This document shows, one piece after another, positions 1-10,483 of a DNA stretch of 64,000 bases. Location: positions 62,001-126,000 of IMG/VR virus record IMGVR_UViG_3300035661_000001; one strand, 5' to 3'. Position numbers and translations under genes: made by a program. Each line of letters opens with the position of its first letter. Positions within the stretch are counted from its first letter, which is position 1. The notes under the pieces are model-generated. The model did not search any database. It saw only the letters and a list, made by a program, of their open reading frames with translations, and was not told where the DNA came from.

Positions 1-75
1 CTATTAATCAGTTTCAATTTCATCTGGAACATTTTCCAGACGATCCTCTCAATACTTTTAAGGAGATCTAGAAAA

Positions 76-819
76 ATGTCTTTCCGAATTGTTCCGTATA
101 AAAAGGGCAGTGAAGGTGCAAAGCTGCTTGCCTTGAAGATGACCGAGATTAGTGGTAAGAAGGTTGCCGCCGGTGATCCTAGCTATGACCATCGCAACCT
201 TCTTTGGGGAACTACAAAGTATCCCTTGCTGAATTTGCAGCCAGCTGCAAGTATCGCTATTGCTCAGAACAAATTGAGCACGCTCAACAAGCTGAAACAG
301 TCTGACGTTTCTGTTCCTGAATTCACTACTCTCAGAGCAACGGCAGAGGAGTGGATTAGAAACGGCACGGTAGTCGTGGCTCGCACGCTACTGAACGCTT
401 CTGAGGGGCGTGGAATCGTTGTTTGTCGTACGGTTGAGGAACTTGTTCCGGCGCCTTTGTATGTCAAGCTGGTTACCAAGGATAAAGAATTCAGAGTTCA
501 TGCCTGTAATGGTGTGGCTATTGATTTGCAGGAGAAGCGTCGCCGTAATGGAGCGCGTAATCCTGATGGCTCACGAATTGACGGTATGATTCGCAATATC
601 GACAATAACTGGGTTTTTTGCAGGAACGGTATTGCTGAGCCCCGAGGACTGAGAGATCTGGGTATTAAAGCCGTTCAAGCCCTGGGTCTGCTGTTTGGTG
701 CAGTGGATATCATTTACAACAGCCAGACCGGGCTAATGTATGTTTTGGAAGTTAATACCGCGCCTGGATTGTGTGAAAGCACCGCGACTCGGTATGCTCA
801 GGCGTTTCTGGCGCTGTGA
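76..819 (+). CDS. ATP-grasp (RimK-like) peptide ligase, phiEco32-type
   Basis: ATP-grasp motifs: 'NKLSTL..L', 'EGRGIVV', 'KEFRVH', C-terminal 'FGAVDII...YVLEVNTAPGL'. Confidence 0.88.
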   Translation: MSFRIVPYKKGSEGAKLLALKMTEISGKKVAAGDPSYDHRNLLWGTTKYPLLNLQPAASIAIAQNKLSTLNKLKQSDVSVPEFTTLRATAEEWIRNGTVVVARTLLNASEGRGIVVCRTVEELVPAPLYVKLVTKDKEFRVHACNGVAIDLQEKRRRNGARNPDGSRIDGMIRNIDNNWVFCRNGIAEPRGLRDLGIKAVQALGLLFGAVDIIYNSQTGLMYVLEVNTAPGLCESTATRYAQAFLAL

Positions 820-893
820 GTAAATGACTCCCTGGATCTGTCCGATCCATTCATTGAGGTGACAACTCATAGGGAGTTCTAAGGAATTGTAAT

Positions 894-3077
894 ATGGACG
901 AAGACGAGGATGACATTGAACAAGTAGATGCGCCAGCACCAGCTGAGGTGCCAGCTCCAATCGCCCAACCTGCCCAGCAAGTAGTTGAGAGAGGCGGCTT
1001 TGCAGCTTTCCAAGCCGCATTGGTTGCGGCAGGCGAAGCTGCCAGAGTAGTTAATCGCAACGTCATGAATTGGGGACGTATTGAGGAAGCAGATCGGCAA
1101 GTAGATCAACTTCTTGAGGAAGAGGAACAGCTTGTCGATGAAGCTTTTCATGAAGCGGAACATCGACGTCTTCATGATATAGAAGCGGGTCAAGTTCGAC
1201 CACGAGGCATAAATTGGTTTAGAGAGCTGGCTGTTAACGGCGGTGTCTTCGGCAGAGAAATTGCACCGAGACAAGCGGTTCCACAACCTGCGCTACCAGG
1301 ACCATATGTGCCATATGTAGCGTATCAGGAACGAGTACAAGATCCAATCTTCATCAACGACGACGATATACAACGAGCAGCAGCAAGACTTAGGGAACAA
1401 TTGAATGTTCCCGATCCATTCAACGAGGAAGACCCAAGAGCGGTAGGAAATGATATGAATTACGATCAATTGGTGAGACGTTTTCCAGCTTTGACTGATC
1501 GGTATCTTCCCGATCTTTCCAACCGGAACAACGCAGCCCGAGCACTTCAGCAGTTCGATCTCGATCAGTCTGGTAATGCTGTGGAGCGTGATCTGGAGCG
1601 TAATGCCCTCACCCTTTACCTCGCCGGTCATGCTCAGGCAGCTAACATCAACTATGCTTGGTGTGCCGAATGTGAGATGATGATTGGATTTGAAAATCAT
1701 ACTCACTGTCCGTTTTGTACCTATGCCATGGTTGAGCGTGGTGAGGGTGAGGCTCGTGGATCTCATCATCGAGATGGTTGTGCCAATTGTGGCGAATGCT
1801 GTCGAGTGAAGGGTCACCAGCACTGTCCTTCTTGTGATGCCCACATGGAACGAGGTTGTCGTTATTGTGGTAAGTGCGCAGCATGTTGTGCATGTGTCCT
1901 GTGCACTGTGGCGGGTTGCCAGTACATGCAGGAATGTGAGGATTGCAAGAAGTGCTATGAACACTGCACTTGTGTGGCAGTTGCATCTTCTGATCCCACT
2001 GGCAAGATTTATCCTGCGGGGAAACCTAGCGAACGTCGACAGTTTGATTCTGAGAGACTCTCTGGTATTGAGTGGGAGTACAATCGTGCGGCTGATACAC
2101 GTGCCATGGATCACTGGTGTAAAAAGTGGCGCGGTCATATCCACCGTGACGACTCTTGTGGTTTTGAAGCAGTGAGCGCTCCGGTGGCTGGTGATTACAT
2201 GGTCCGATGTATCACCTCTCTTGGAAAGGTTCTGACTCGGGCGACGATTGATGATCGATGTTCGATTCATACCCATGTTGATGCCAAGGATCTTCAATGG
2301 ACCGATATGTTTCGATTCTTGGACCTGTACGCCAGAGTCGAGCCCATCCTGTACATGATTGCTGGACAGGAGCGACTTGATAACAGATATGCGGTTCCGA
2401 TTGGTAAGGAATACGCAGTTGCATTGAAGCGAGTTGATCGCAAAGATGCTATCATGGCAGTAGCCTTCTGCCCTCTCGAAAGAGATGGTCGTAAGCACAC
2501 TGTGACTACGATGCCTGATCACGGCAGAAACTCTCAGAGAGAGAAGCCTGGACGGCGCGCTGATAATCATCAGTATTGTCGGCGTAAGGGTCTCAACATT
2601 CTTCCTTGGTTGGCAGGACGAGGTCCCAGACCTCAGACTCCCATCAACGCTCCGGTCAAGGCTGGAGATACATTGGAGAAGTTGGCTCACCGTCACGGTG
2701 TATCAGTGGCAGCTCTGATGCGTTGGAACAAGGTCAAGCCCGGTGGTAAACTTGGTAAGACTATCGTTATCAACAAGAGAACTCTTGCACCTGACACTAC
2801 GGTGGAATTCCGAATCCATCCGAACACTCATGACCCGATTCGAGTAATCAATTGGGTTAAGATGGTGAATCAGTTGGTAGAATGGGCTGCGACGAAAACA
2901 GATAAGGATCTGGAGAGCTTGCCGAAGTCTCCGCTCCGAATTCTGTGTGAGCATGTCGTACCTGAGTGTGCTCCTTGGATCATGGCTCGGGTCAAAGAAT
3001 GGCGTAAAGAAACGGCGAGAAACATCGGGCGTCAAGCCCGCCGAATTACCATTAAGGGTGGAAAGTACGTGTACTGA
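894..3077 (+). CDS. Putative amidoligase (Amidoligase_2 / GS-like fold) with Cys-rich region and inserted LysM domain
   Basis: 'GIEWEY', 'DDSCGFEAVSAP', 'CSIHTHVDA', 'TVEFRIH' motifs; LysM-like 'VKAGDTLEKLAHRHGVSVAALMRWN' at about 2652-2775; dense CxxC tract at about 1655-1975. Confidence 0.8.
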   Translation: MDEDEDDIEQVDAPAPAEVPAPIAQPAQQVVERGGFAAFQAALVAAGEAARVVNRNVMNWGRIEEADRQVDQLLEEEEQLVDEAFHEAEHRRLHDIEAGQVRPRGINWFRELAVNGGVFGREIAPRQAVPQPALPGPYVPYVAYQERVQDPIFINDDDIQRAAARLREQLNVPDPFNEEDPRAVGNDMNYDQLVRRFPALTDRYLPDLSNRNNAARALQQFDLDQSGNAVERDLERNALTLYLAGHAQAANINYAWCAECEMMIGFENHTHCPFCTYAMVERGEGEARGSHHRDGCANCGECCRVKGHQHCPSCDAHMERGCRYCGKCAACCACVLCTVAGCQYMQECEDCKKCYEHCTCVAVASSDPTGKIYPAGKPSERRQFDSERLSGIEWEYNRAADTRAMDHWCKKWRGHIHRDDSCGFEAVSAPVAGDYMVRCITSLGKVLTRATIDDRCSIHTHVDAKDLQWTDMFRFLDLYARVEPILYMIAGQERLDNRYAVPIGKEYAVALKRVDRKDAIMAVAFCPLERDGRKHTVTTMPDHGRNSQREKPGRRADNHQYCRRKGLNILPWLAGRGPRPQTPINAPVKAGDTLEKLAHRHGVSVAALMRWNKVKPGGKLGKTIVINKRTLAPDTTVEFRIHPNTHDPIRVINWVKMVNQLVEWAATKTDKDLESLPKSPLRILCEHVVPECAPWIMARVKEWRKETARNIGRQARRITIKGGKYVY

Positions 3078-3100
3078 ATTAACTGTCAGATGAATGATTC

Positions 3101-3616
3101 TTATTGATTATGTACAGCAACGGCTTTACAAACCTCAATGAATTGTTCATCTGACAAAATTCCCTTCCCACTATTTACAGAAGTATGAAGCCATCTGAGG
3201 TTTTCAATTTTATTTGAACCGCCTTTTGATTTCGGCATGATGTGATCAATACTAGCATTCTCCCCAACAGTTAAAGATAAACCACTAAGCGCACATTTCC
3301 CATCCTGTTTCCTCCATAACTCTTGGAGCGGCTGAATGAGTGCAGTGGAACCAAAAGTAGATGCTTTTATTGACCACCAACATTTTAAACAAAGAACAGT
3401 ATCACCGATAGGTATACCTGTTGCGCAGCTTCCACAACCGCCAGAAGATACTCGAATTTTTCTTCGGACGGATTCCCATCTTCTACGTTTTTGTAAATGC
3501 ACAATACAATATGTTGTATTTTCATGACGCGGATCATTACAAGAAGAACAGCAGCCTGTTGCAAGGCGTTTTTCGCGAAGAGCTTTTTGTAATAAGTTAG
3601 TTTTTGATTTTTTCAT
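3101..3616 (-). mobile_element. HNH homing endonuclease
   Basis: 'CALSG...SIDHIMPKSKGGSNKIENLRWLHTSVN'; AT-rich, antisense insertion in a GC-richer operon. Confidence 0.85.
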
Positions 3617-3688
3617 AGTTTAACCCCATAAAGATATTCACATAACATATAACACGTTATGTGCGAGTTTGAAAGGAAATAACACATT

Positions 3689-4678
3689 ATGTGCGGGCTG
3701 AGTGGTTATATTGGTTTGAGTTCTTCTACGGAAGATAAGTTGATGTTGATCCTCGGTCTCGGGGACGGTATTGACAACCGCGGAGGTCACGCTTGTGGCT
3801 ATGCTGCCATCGCAGAGGACGGAGATTTCCGATACGCTCGAAAGAGTGGTACTTGGATTCGTTCTCGTGTCAGGTTCGTTGAGGGCGCTGCGGGTCATAT
3901 CTGTATGATGCACGCGCGTTGGGCTACTTGTGGAAATCGTGAAGATCCCATGAATGCTCACCCGTTTGCTATTCGTCGCGGTGGACGTGTAGTGATGTGG
4001 GGCGCCCATAACGGTATGGTTCCGGATGCTTTTGCTAGCGCCAAAGCTCATGGTCGTGAGGTCGCCGTTGATAGTCAGGAAATCTTTGAGCTGTTGGCAG
4101 ACAAGGATTACGAAGGTATCCGGTCTCTGGCAGGTTACGGCGTGGCGACTTGGATTGATACTGATCATCGCGATCGTGTTCATCTGTGTCGTCTCTCTAG
4201 CAATTCCGACATCTGCGTCGTCTCTGTCAAGGGTGGCGGTTTGGTGTGGGCTTCTACCTGGAAGATCCTCAAGGATGCGCTTGCGGTGGCTGATCTTGAA
4301 GTCGAGCGCGAGTTCAAGATTGATGAGATTGGTCGAGTATATCGTTTGAGCGCTGACGGCGTGCGAAAGACCAAGCTCGGCGATATCAAGGTTGGATATC
4401 GTGCTCGTGGAATGAAATCTTCGGGATACTCTAGCGGTCCCGAAGCCGCCAAAGTAAGCGACATGGAGATTGATGAGGACGCTCTCGTCGAGACCAAAAA
4501 TCCTGGCGAGAGCGAACGAACCCAAAGCACCTCGTACTCTCCTTACATGAATGAGTATCAGCATTCTAATACTCCAGTACGTACCTCCGCCCCCACTGTG
4601 ACCAGAGAAAAAGGGGATCCCAAAAAAGAGTACGAGGATATAGAAGAGTATTACCGTGGCATGGGCTGGTGTGACTGA
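3689..4678 (+). CDS. Class II (Ntn) glutamine amidotransferase
   Basis: N-terminal 'MCGLSG' (Cys nucleophile), 'RGGHACG', 'HARWAT', 'HPF', 'HNG', 'DSQ'. Confidence 0.88.
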   Translation: MCGLSGYIGLSSSTEDKLMLILGLGDGIDNRGGHACGYAAIAEDGDFRYARKSGTWIRSRVRFVEGAAGHICMMHARWATCGNREDPMNAHPFAIRRGGRVVMWGAHNGMVPDAFASAKAHGREVAVDSQEIFELLADKDYEGIRSLAGYGVATWIDTDHRDRVHLCRLSSNSDICVVSVKGGGLVWASTWKILKDALAVADLEVEREFKIDEIGRVYRLSADGVRKTKLGDIKVGYRARGMKSSGYSSGPEAAKVSDMEIDEDALVETKNPGESERTQSTSYSPYMNEYQHSNTPVRTSAPTVTREKGDPKKEYEDIEEYYRGMGWCD

Positions 4679-4704
4679 TCTTCTCTTAGAGAGCTTATCT
4701 TAAA

Positions 4705-4732
4705 TTTTGCCCGGGCGGGTCTCCGGGCAAAA
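4705..4732. terminator. Stem-loop, probable intrinsic terminator
   Basis: TTTTGCCCGG / CCGGGCAAAA inverted repeat just after the GATase stop. Confidence 0.55.
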
Positions 4733-4961
4733 CCATTTCAACCCAACAACTAACTTAAGGAGGTGGCTGGCATGATCATTGTCACTCAAAATTCCACTTA
4801 TGAATTCGATAGCGATCAAGAAAGATATCGTAAAATTAAACCTAGCATTGGAATATGGAAAACCTATCATGGTTTTCTAATGGACCCATGTATTGGTAAT
4901 AGTTTACGTATCATACGTGACGCCAATACATTGACAACTACTTCTAGAATTACTCAGATTT

Positions 4962-5165
4962 TTGGAATCGAAGATGAGTAAAAGAGTTCCTTACGAGCAA
5001 GTAGCTATTCAAATGGATCGACTTTGGAATGTTAAAATTGATCCTACTGATGAAGCGGCAATGGAGAAACATTGTGATCTACTTCGAGGATATGTAGAAG
5101 GTTGTGGTTGGGATGTAGATGATTACATTCGACGAATGATGGACTTTCCTTCGTCGAAAAATTAA
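4962..5165 (+). CDS. Hypothetical protein
   Basis: Clean short ORF in the operon flow. Confidence 0.5.
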   Translation: MESKMSKRVPYEQVAIQMDRLWNVKIDPTDEAAMEKHCDLLRGYVEGCGWDVDDYIRRMMDFPSSKN

Positions 5166-5176
5166 GGACATCATCT

Positions 5177-5635
5177 ATGGAAGATACAAAAGTTACGTGT
5201 GCGTGCGCAGACGTATACAAAACTCTCCGTTGGGAGAGCGAAAAAGTTTCAGAACGTTTCAATGCTGAGTATCAGTATTGTGATTGTTCAAATTGTAACA
5301 AATCTGTTTACGCCGGAATTTGCCGGATGGCAGACAAACTGAATCAGAATAAACGTCTGAGTGCAAAGGAACAGAAGAATATGTCGTCAAAAGATAAACT
5401 TACGGTCAGCAAAGCTATCAAGTCTCTCCACGCCAAAAATGGCAAGGGCTTGAGTCTCAAAGAGTTTGCTCGTCGTTTGGTGCGAGATGGTAATGAGCTT
5501 GCCAAGGATTGGTTTGCCAATAAGGGCGGGGCTACCGTTGAGGCTCGATCGAAGTTGAAGGAAGAGCGAATCACCGCGGAAAAGGCTGCTACTAAGAGCG
5601 CCAAGAAGTCCAGCAAATCCGGCGCGAAGAAGTGA
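5177..5635 (+). CDS. Hypothetical basic protein (Lys/Ala-rich C-terminus)
   Basis: AAGGA upstream; ends 'KAATKSAKKSSKSGAKK'. Confidence 0.55.
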   Translation: MEDTKVTCACADVYKTLRWESEKVSERFNAEYQYCDCSNCNKSVYAGICRMADKLNQNKRLSAKEQKNMSSKDKLTVSKAIKSLHAKNGKGLSLKEFARRLVRDGNELAKDWFANKGGATVEARSKLKEERITAEKAATKSAKKSSKSGAKK

Positions 5636-5664
5636 TTCTTCTTACCAAATAAAGGAAAACAGAA

Positions 5665-7083
5665 ATGTCTATCAATGTAATTGATCTGATGAATCTTTTG
5701 AAGGCTCAACCTAACGGACTCGTGGTTCGCCTTGTTACTCGTAACGTGCCTGAAATGAAGAACGCAAACGGTTGTGTGACCGCACGCGCCTATACTTTCA
5801 AGGAAGATATCTATTCTGTTCTAAATGTCTCTGACTATGGCGATGGAGAGATGTACGTTTCGTTCTTGCTATCGACCGGAGCACAGGATTGGGCTTATGT
5901 TCCGAATGATTTTCAGTTCGTTGTTTTGAATGACGAAGAGAAGAAAGAATTAGAGGCAACCTTCGAAAAGCGCCAAATGGAAAATCTTCATTCCCATTTG
6001 GTTCACTCTGGCTCGGTTGGTGCTTGGGCTGAGTTTTTCGTTGTGAACGATAAGAATGAAGTTATTCCTGGAGACCTGATTTCCAAGCGTTCGACCGGAC
6101 CTGGAAATCGTTATGGTACTATCTCTGCAAGTGGCAATGCGTCAAGTGTGGAGTTTCAGACGACCTTCAATAGCTGTTTGGCTGGAACCATTGATAGCAT
6201 GGCGTGCGGACTCAAGAGCGCGTATGATCAGGCACGGGAGAAATTCCCTACTGCCAAAATCTCTACACAGTCTGTGAAAAAACTTCCTCTGGAAGCACTC
6301 AAGGCTCTTGACGAGACGTCATTGTCATTGAAGAAATTTGATGTCAAAAACGCATATGGTTTCAAACGCAATGCTGAGGTTGACATTCCGATGCGCGCTT
6401 GCCAGACGGCTTTTCAGTTTCAGTTGAATGGCATGATTGGTCTTTCTGATGATCGAGCTAAGTCGATCACTAAGACTATTGACGCTACTCTGGGCGTCGC
6501 ATGTGTCTCGCTTCTTGCCAAGTATAACCAGCTTGATCGTGTTAAGCTGGGTGGTTTGCCTGGTGATTATCGAACTACTCCAAACCAGTTGGAATATTAT
6601 GGTTTGGGAAACACCTGGATGATGCACCCCATGTGCGCTAACCTGGTCTTTGACTTTGCGCGTAAATGCGCAGTGTTTGGAGAAAAGGGTTTTGGCAAAC
6701 ATTGGATTGCCTCTGAGGATGAGGTCGTCAGTTGTATGATGGAGCTGAATGTCGATCTCGCTCGGGAGATCATGGGTCGAAATAAGGACATCATGATAAA
6801 GATGTTCAAGGCTGCCTGGCCAATTTGTCGTGGTGATTCGGCTACTGGTGTTCCCAACCTTAGCAACGATATCAAGCCGGAGAAGGCTCAGGAATTTGTC
6901 TGGGAGGTATTCAATAACGGTATTGAATCCGTTCTGGGAGACATCTCCGAGAATATGACTTCCAATTGGACCATGGATGGCAAGTGGATCCGTCACTCGG
7001 AAGGTGATGATAAGAACGTTTGGAGAACCATCAATGCGCGGCACGGTGCGCGTAAGTTCACCAATCAGATTATCTACGGTTGA
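5665..7083 (+). CDS. Divergent phiEco32-like COOH-NH2 ligase (type 2)
   Basis: 'VGAWAEFFV' resembles GxDxEFF; 'YRTTPNQLEYYGLGNTW' resembles YR...EYRxLSNxW; context of ATP-grasp and GATase. Confidence 0.6.
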   Translation: MSINVIDLMNLLKAQPNGLVVRLVTRNVPEMKNANGCVTARAYTFKEDIYSVLNVSDYGDGEMYVSFLLSTGAQDWAYVPNDFQFVVLNDEEKKELEATFEKRQMENLHSHLVHSGSVGAWAEFFVVNDKNEVIPGDLISKRSTGPGNRYGTISASGNASSVEFQTTFNSCLAGTIDSMACGLKSAYDQAREKFPTAKISTQSVKKLPLEALKALDETSLSLKKFDVKNAYGFKRNAEVDIPMRACQTAFQFQLNGMIGLSDDRAKSITKTIDATLGVACVSLLAKYNQLDRVKLGGLPGDYRTTPNQLEYYGLGNTWMMHPMCANLVFDFARKCAVFGEKGFGKHWIASEDEVVSCMMELNVDLAREIMGRNKDIMIKMFKAAWPICRGDSATGVPNLSNDIKPEKAQEFVWEVFNNGIESVLGDISENMTSNWTMDGKWIRHSEGDDKNVWRTINARHGARKFTNQIIYG

Positions 7084-7092
7084 TAACAAGTC

Positions 7093-7124
7093 TGCAGGGG
7101 AGGGAAACCTTTCCCTCCCCTGCA
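7093..7124. terminator. Strong hairpin between convergent genes
   Basis: Perfect 15-bp stem TGCAGGGGAGGGAAA / TTTCCCTCCCCTGCA. Confidence 0.7.
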
Positions 7125-7125
7125 C

Positions 7126-7824
7126 TTACCGATTCTCTTCTGTCTCAAGAAACAGTTTGGCATTTGTCAAACATAAAATATCGTTATTAAACAATGCTAG
7201 AGCCTTGTTACATTTTGAACAAAGTTCATCACGAATTTTTCTGTATTTGTAATTTTGATCTTTAAAGATAGTCTCATTAGAAGATTTATTGCAGATACGG
7301 CAAGTATTTGTATGCACATGCACATCTGTTTGTAAAGATAAATATTTCCAAGTTTCTCCGTGCTTAATAGATGAAATAGTTGATCTACTAACTTCATATA
7401 TTTTAGCAAGTTTACTTTGAGATAAAAGAGATGACTTAATCTCTAATACCTGAGTTTCTGTTAACTTAGTTATGTAATCATGGTTTCCTCTTCTTTTCTT
7501 TTCACGGTCAATAGCATTTGTTTGATGTGTACCTGTAAATAAATGATTTGGATTAACGCAAATAGGGTTATCACACGAATGACAAATGATCATCCCATCT
7601 GGAATCTTTCCTTTGTGTAATTCGTATGAATACCGATGCGCCACAGTATGCCCAAGGTCTTTGCTGATACGGAAATAACCGTAGCCATTATTGCCTTGCC
7701 GACATGCCAACCATATCCAACAATTGTTGTCATCAGATTTTTGTACTTTTTTCCAAAATCTGATCTCAGCATCTTCTGAAGTAAAAACCATGTTTATGTA
7801 ACCCCTTTCATAAACATATTTCAT
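7126..7824 (-). mobile_element. HNH homing endonuclease (HNH_3 type, with HTH and endonuclease VII-like tail)
   Basis: 'CWIW...AHRYSY...ICHSCDNPICVNPNHL..GT...N'. Confidence 0.88.
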
Positions 7825-7847
7825 TATTAATAGAAAGTATAAAAAAA

Positions 7848-8072
7848 ATGTTTAAATGTCAAATAACTGGTAAAATGAGTAAGCCTGGTGAGAAGTCGAA
7901 TAAACTGGTTCTCGAAACTAGAGAGAAAGTTTATTATGGTTTCGTCCTCAATGAAGAAACCGAAGAAATGGAAGAGGTTGAAGTCGGTCGTGGCTTCGAG
8001 GTAGTCAAAGAAGTAAATGCTACCGACGAGGGAGCGAAGATTTGGCTGAGCCGGCAGGGTCTGAATCCCTGA
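7848..8072 (+). CDS. Small hypothetical phage protein
   Basis: Clean ORF 'MFKCQITGK...GFEVVKEV'. Confidence 0.6.
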   Translation: MFKCQITGKMSKPGEKSNKLVLETREKVYYGFVLNEETEEMEEVEVGRGFEVVKEVNATDEGAKIWLSRQGLNP

Positions 8073-8993
8073 TTGAATAATAGTTTGCGGCTTCTATTCA
8101 AAAAGCCGCACTGTTTGTAAAACTAGATTGTTGATCGCGGAAGCTAGCCAAAAATGAATAAGGAAGAATCTTTTCAAAATCAACTTGATATCCTTAATGA
8201 TAAGCTATCAAATTCTCGCAGCAAGATTTCTGTACTGAAGAGAAAGCTCACAGATGAAGAATCGCGCGCGATTGAATTGCAACTAGTTAAAGCTTCTTTA
8301 TTGGAAGCTTGGAGAAAACATAAAGCTTCTTTACCATCTTGTTCAGAAAAAGAACAGAAAGAAAAAGAAATTGATGAGGAGTTTCTTCGGAAACTTCCGT
8401 TTCTTTTGGAGAAAGTATAATGTCAGATCTGATTTCTCATTCCGCCACGGTATCTTTTCGATACCTTGATGGAGGATATTACGAAGATGATCCTGTTTTT
8501 TCTTATAAAGGACCTGTAGGCGAGGCTTATGTAGAGCTTACAGCACCTAAAGTGCCGGGCAGACATAATGGAAACGTTAAAGTAACAATTACCATTGAGC
8601 CAGTTGAAGATGCTAGACATATTTGGATTGAATGTGAAGATGAATCTTTCAACGAAATGTGTTTGGCTTGTGGCGTGGTGGCAGAACATGATGACTGGAA
8701 TGGGGTAAAGCACCCTGATACTTCTTGTCCTGGTGAAAAGGAATAACAAATGATTGGATATTATTGTTCTACTTGTGGTACAGAACATAGACACCTGGGT
8801 GATTGTCCATACTCAGGTGGATATGGACACGATACTTATCGTGGCGCACCGGAACGTGATTACACTTCAGTTTTTATTCCTTCCGACATAAGGGTTAAAG
8901 AAACTATTACTGTACAGTTGCCTTCTGGAGATCGCATAACTCTTAAAAGGATTGATTGAATGTCAGTAGACGATTTTGAAAAGGACGAAAGCG

Positions 8994-10468
8994 ATGAGTA
9001 ATGAAAAATGGGAAGCTCATAAAAAACTAGCAGAACGTGTTAGAGATTCTTTGGAATCTCGATTGGAATCGAATCCTAGTTCCATTTTTCTGAACGGTAA
9101 TGGTCATTCGTTGAACGAACGAAGTATAGGTCATCTTAGCCTATTGAATTTTATTGTTTTTCCGGAAGATGATCTAATCAAAATCGAACGTGGGGAAAAA
9201 GTTGAACCGCAACCTTTTTCTTTTGGTGGCGGACAATGTTGGTATTGTGGAGATTATTATACTAGTACATTCGATGGTGTGACTATTACTGCCGATTCGA
9301 AATGCAAATTCCCGGTGGAATTCAGGAGCATTCTTTTGAATTGAATGTCCCTTCTGGTCGGATGGTTTTTGCAAATGATCTGCGGCAGTGGTTTCAGATG
9401 CACACCGATTTCAACATTAATGCTGATCTTGGAAAAGTTAAAACCACAGAGGCTTATGCTAAGATCGGAATGGCTCATGCTTTTGTCGGCAATTCTTGCC
9501 CTGCTGTTTATCAGGTGGATGATTCAAATCTTTCCATTTCTAGACATGGATCAGAAGCCGGCGACGAGTGTTATGATTCAGAAGTTGACGATTATGTTGA
9601 GTTAACCAAAGAGCAAGCAGAAGCGAGAACTCCTCCAGGCAAAGAAGTTGGGTATATTTGTACTGATCTTTGGTGGTATTCAGTTGTTGATTATGATGAT
9701 TTTCAACGCCACTTTTTGGAAAAAGGAACTGAAAAACAGTTTCTGAAATACATCAAGGATAGCTGTAACGTAGTCTCTGTTAAACCTGGGACATATAAGT
9801 TTACTCATCGTGAGGACCGTGAAGATAAAGAAAAAGGTATGAAACCTTTTCACTATGCCACAATCATATGGGACCGAGATTCAGAAGGTGTTGATCTTTT
9901 CTCTGAATATAAAAAGATCAATTATACCATTGGTCAGTGCTGGTTGGCGAACAAACTTCGTCAAGCTAAATATTTTGAGAAAAATAGAGATCTCTCTCTT
10001 GAAGAGCATATAGAAAAATACAAAGCTTTGGCGCCAGAAGCATTAGAGGAATTAGCAGCGAGCTATTATTCCGATATCTTCTGTAGTTTTGATCTTGGCT
10101 CCTGGCATCCGAATGGTTGGGCTGGTGGTCAAGAAATGCCTGACAACCTTCCTGATTTTACTCTACCTCCCTTGACCAGAAAACATTTTTGGTGGGATAT
10201 GAACGAAGAATATTGTGGTCTTTTCTTGGCTTCTACAGGAGAAGAATCATATTTGGGATTTAATATTCCTACACTGAATGAAAGCTTCTTGACAGCAGCT
10301 TATGAAATGTGTTATTCTATTTTGAAGTTCGGAGCTGATGGATTTAAAAAAGCTGTGGATGATCCTAAATCTGAAAAAGAAAAACAGCAACTGACACTGA
10401 AAGCCCTGAAAAATCTCAACAAAAGATTCCCAGGAACCTTGCCAGAAAAGTGTAAAGAGTTTCTGTGA
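8994..10468 (+). CDS. Hypothetical protein, one gene split by a 1-nt indel near 9310
   Basis: ORFs 8976-9344 and 9302-10468 join as ...CKFPGGIQEHSFELNVPSG... if one T is added to the T-run. Confidence 0.55.
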
Positions 10469-10483
10469 ACGAGGTATTGCATC

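Noticed and set aside
1293-7125. Long minus-strand ORFs (1293-2696, 3638-4564, 6325-7125) and many similar shadow ORFs
   Set aside because: They are antisense to well-supported genes, Ser/Thr/Ile-rich, and have no motifs.
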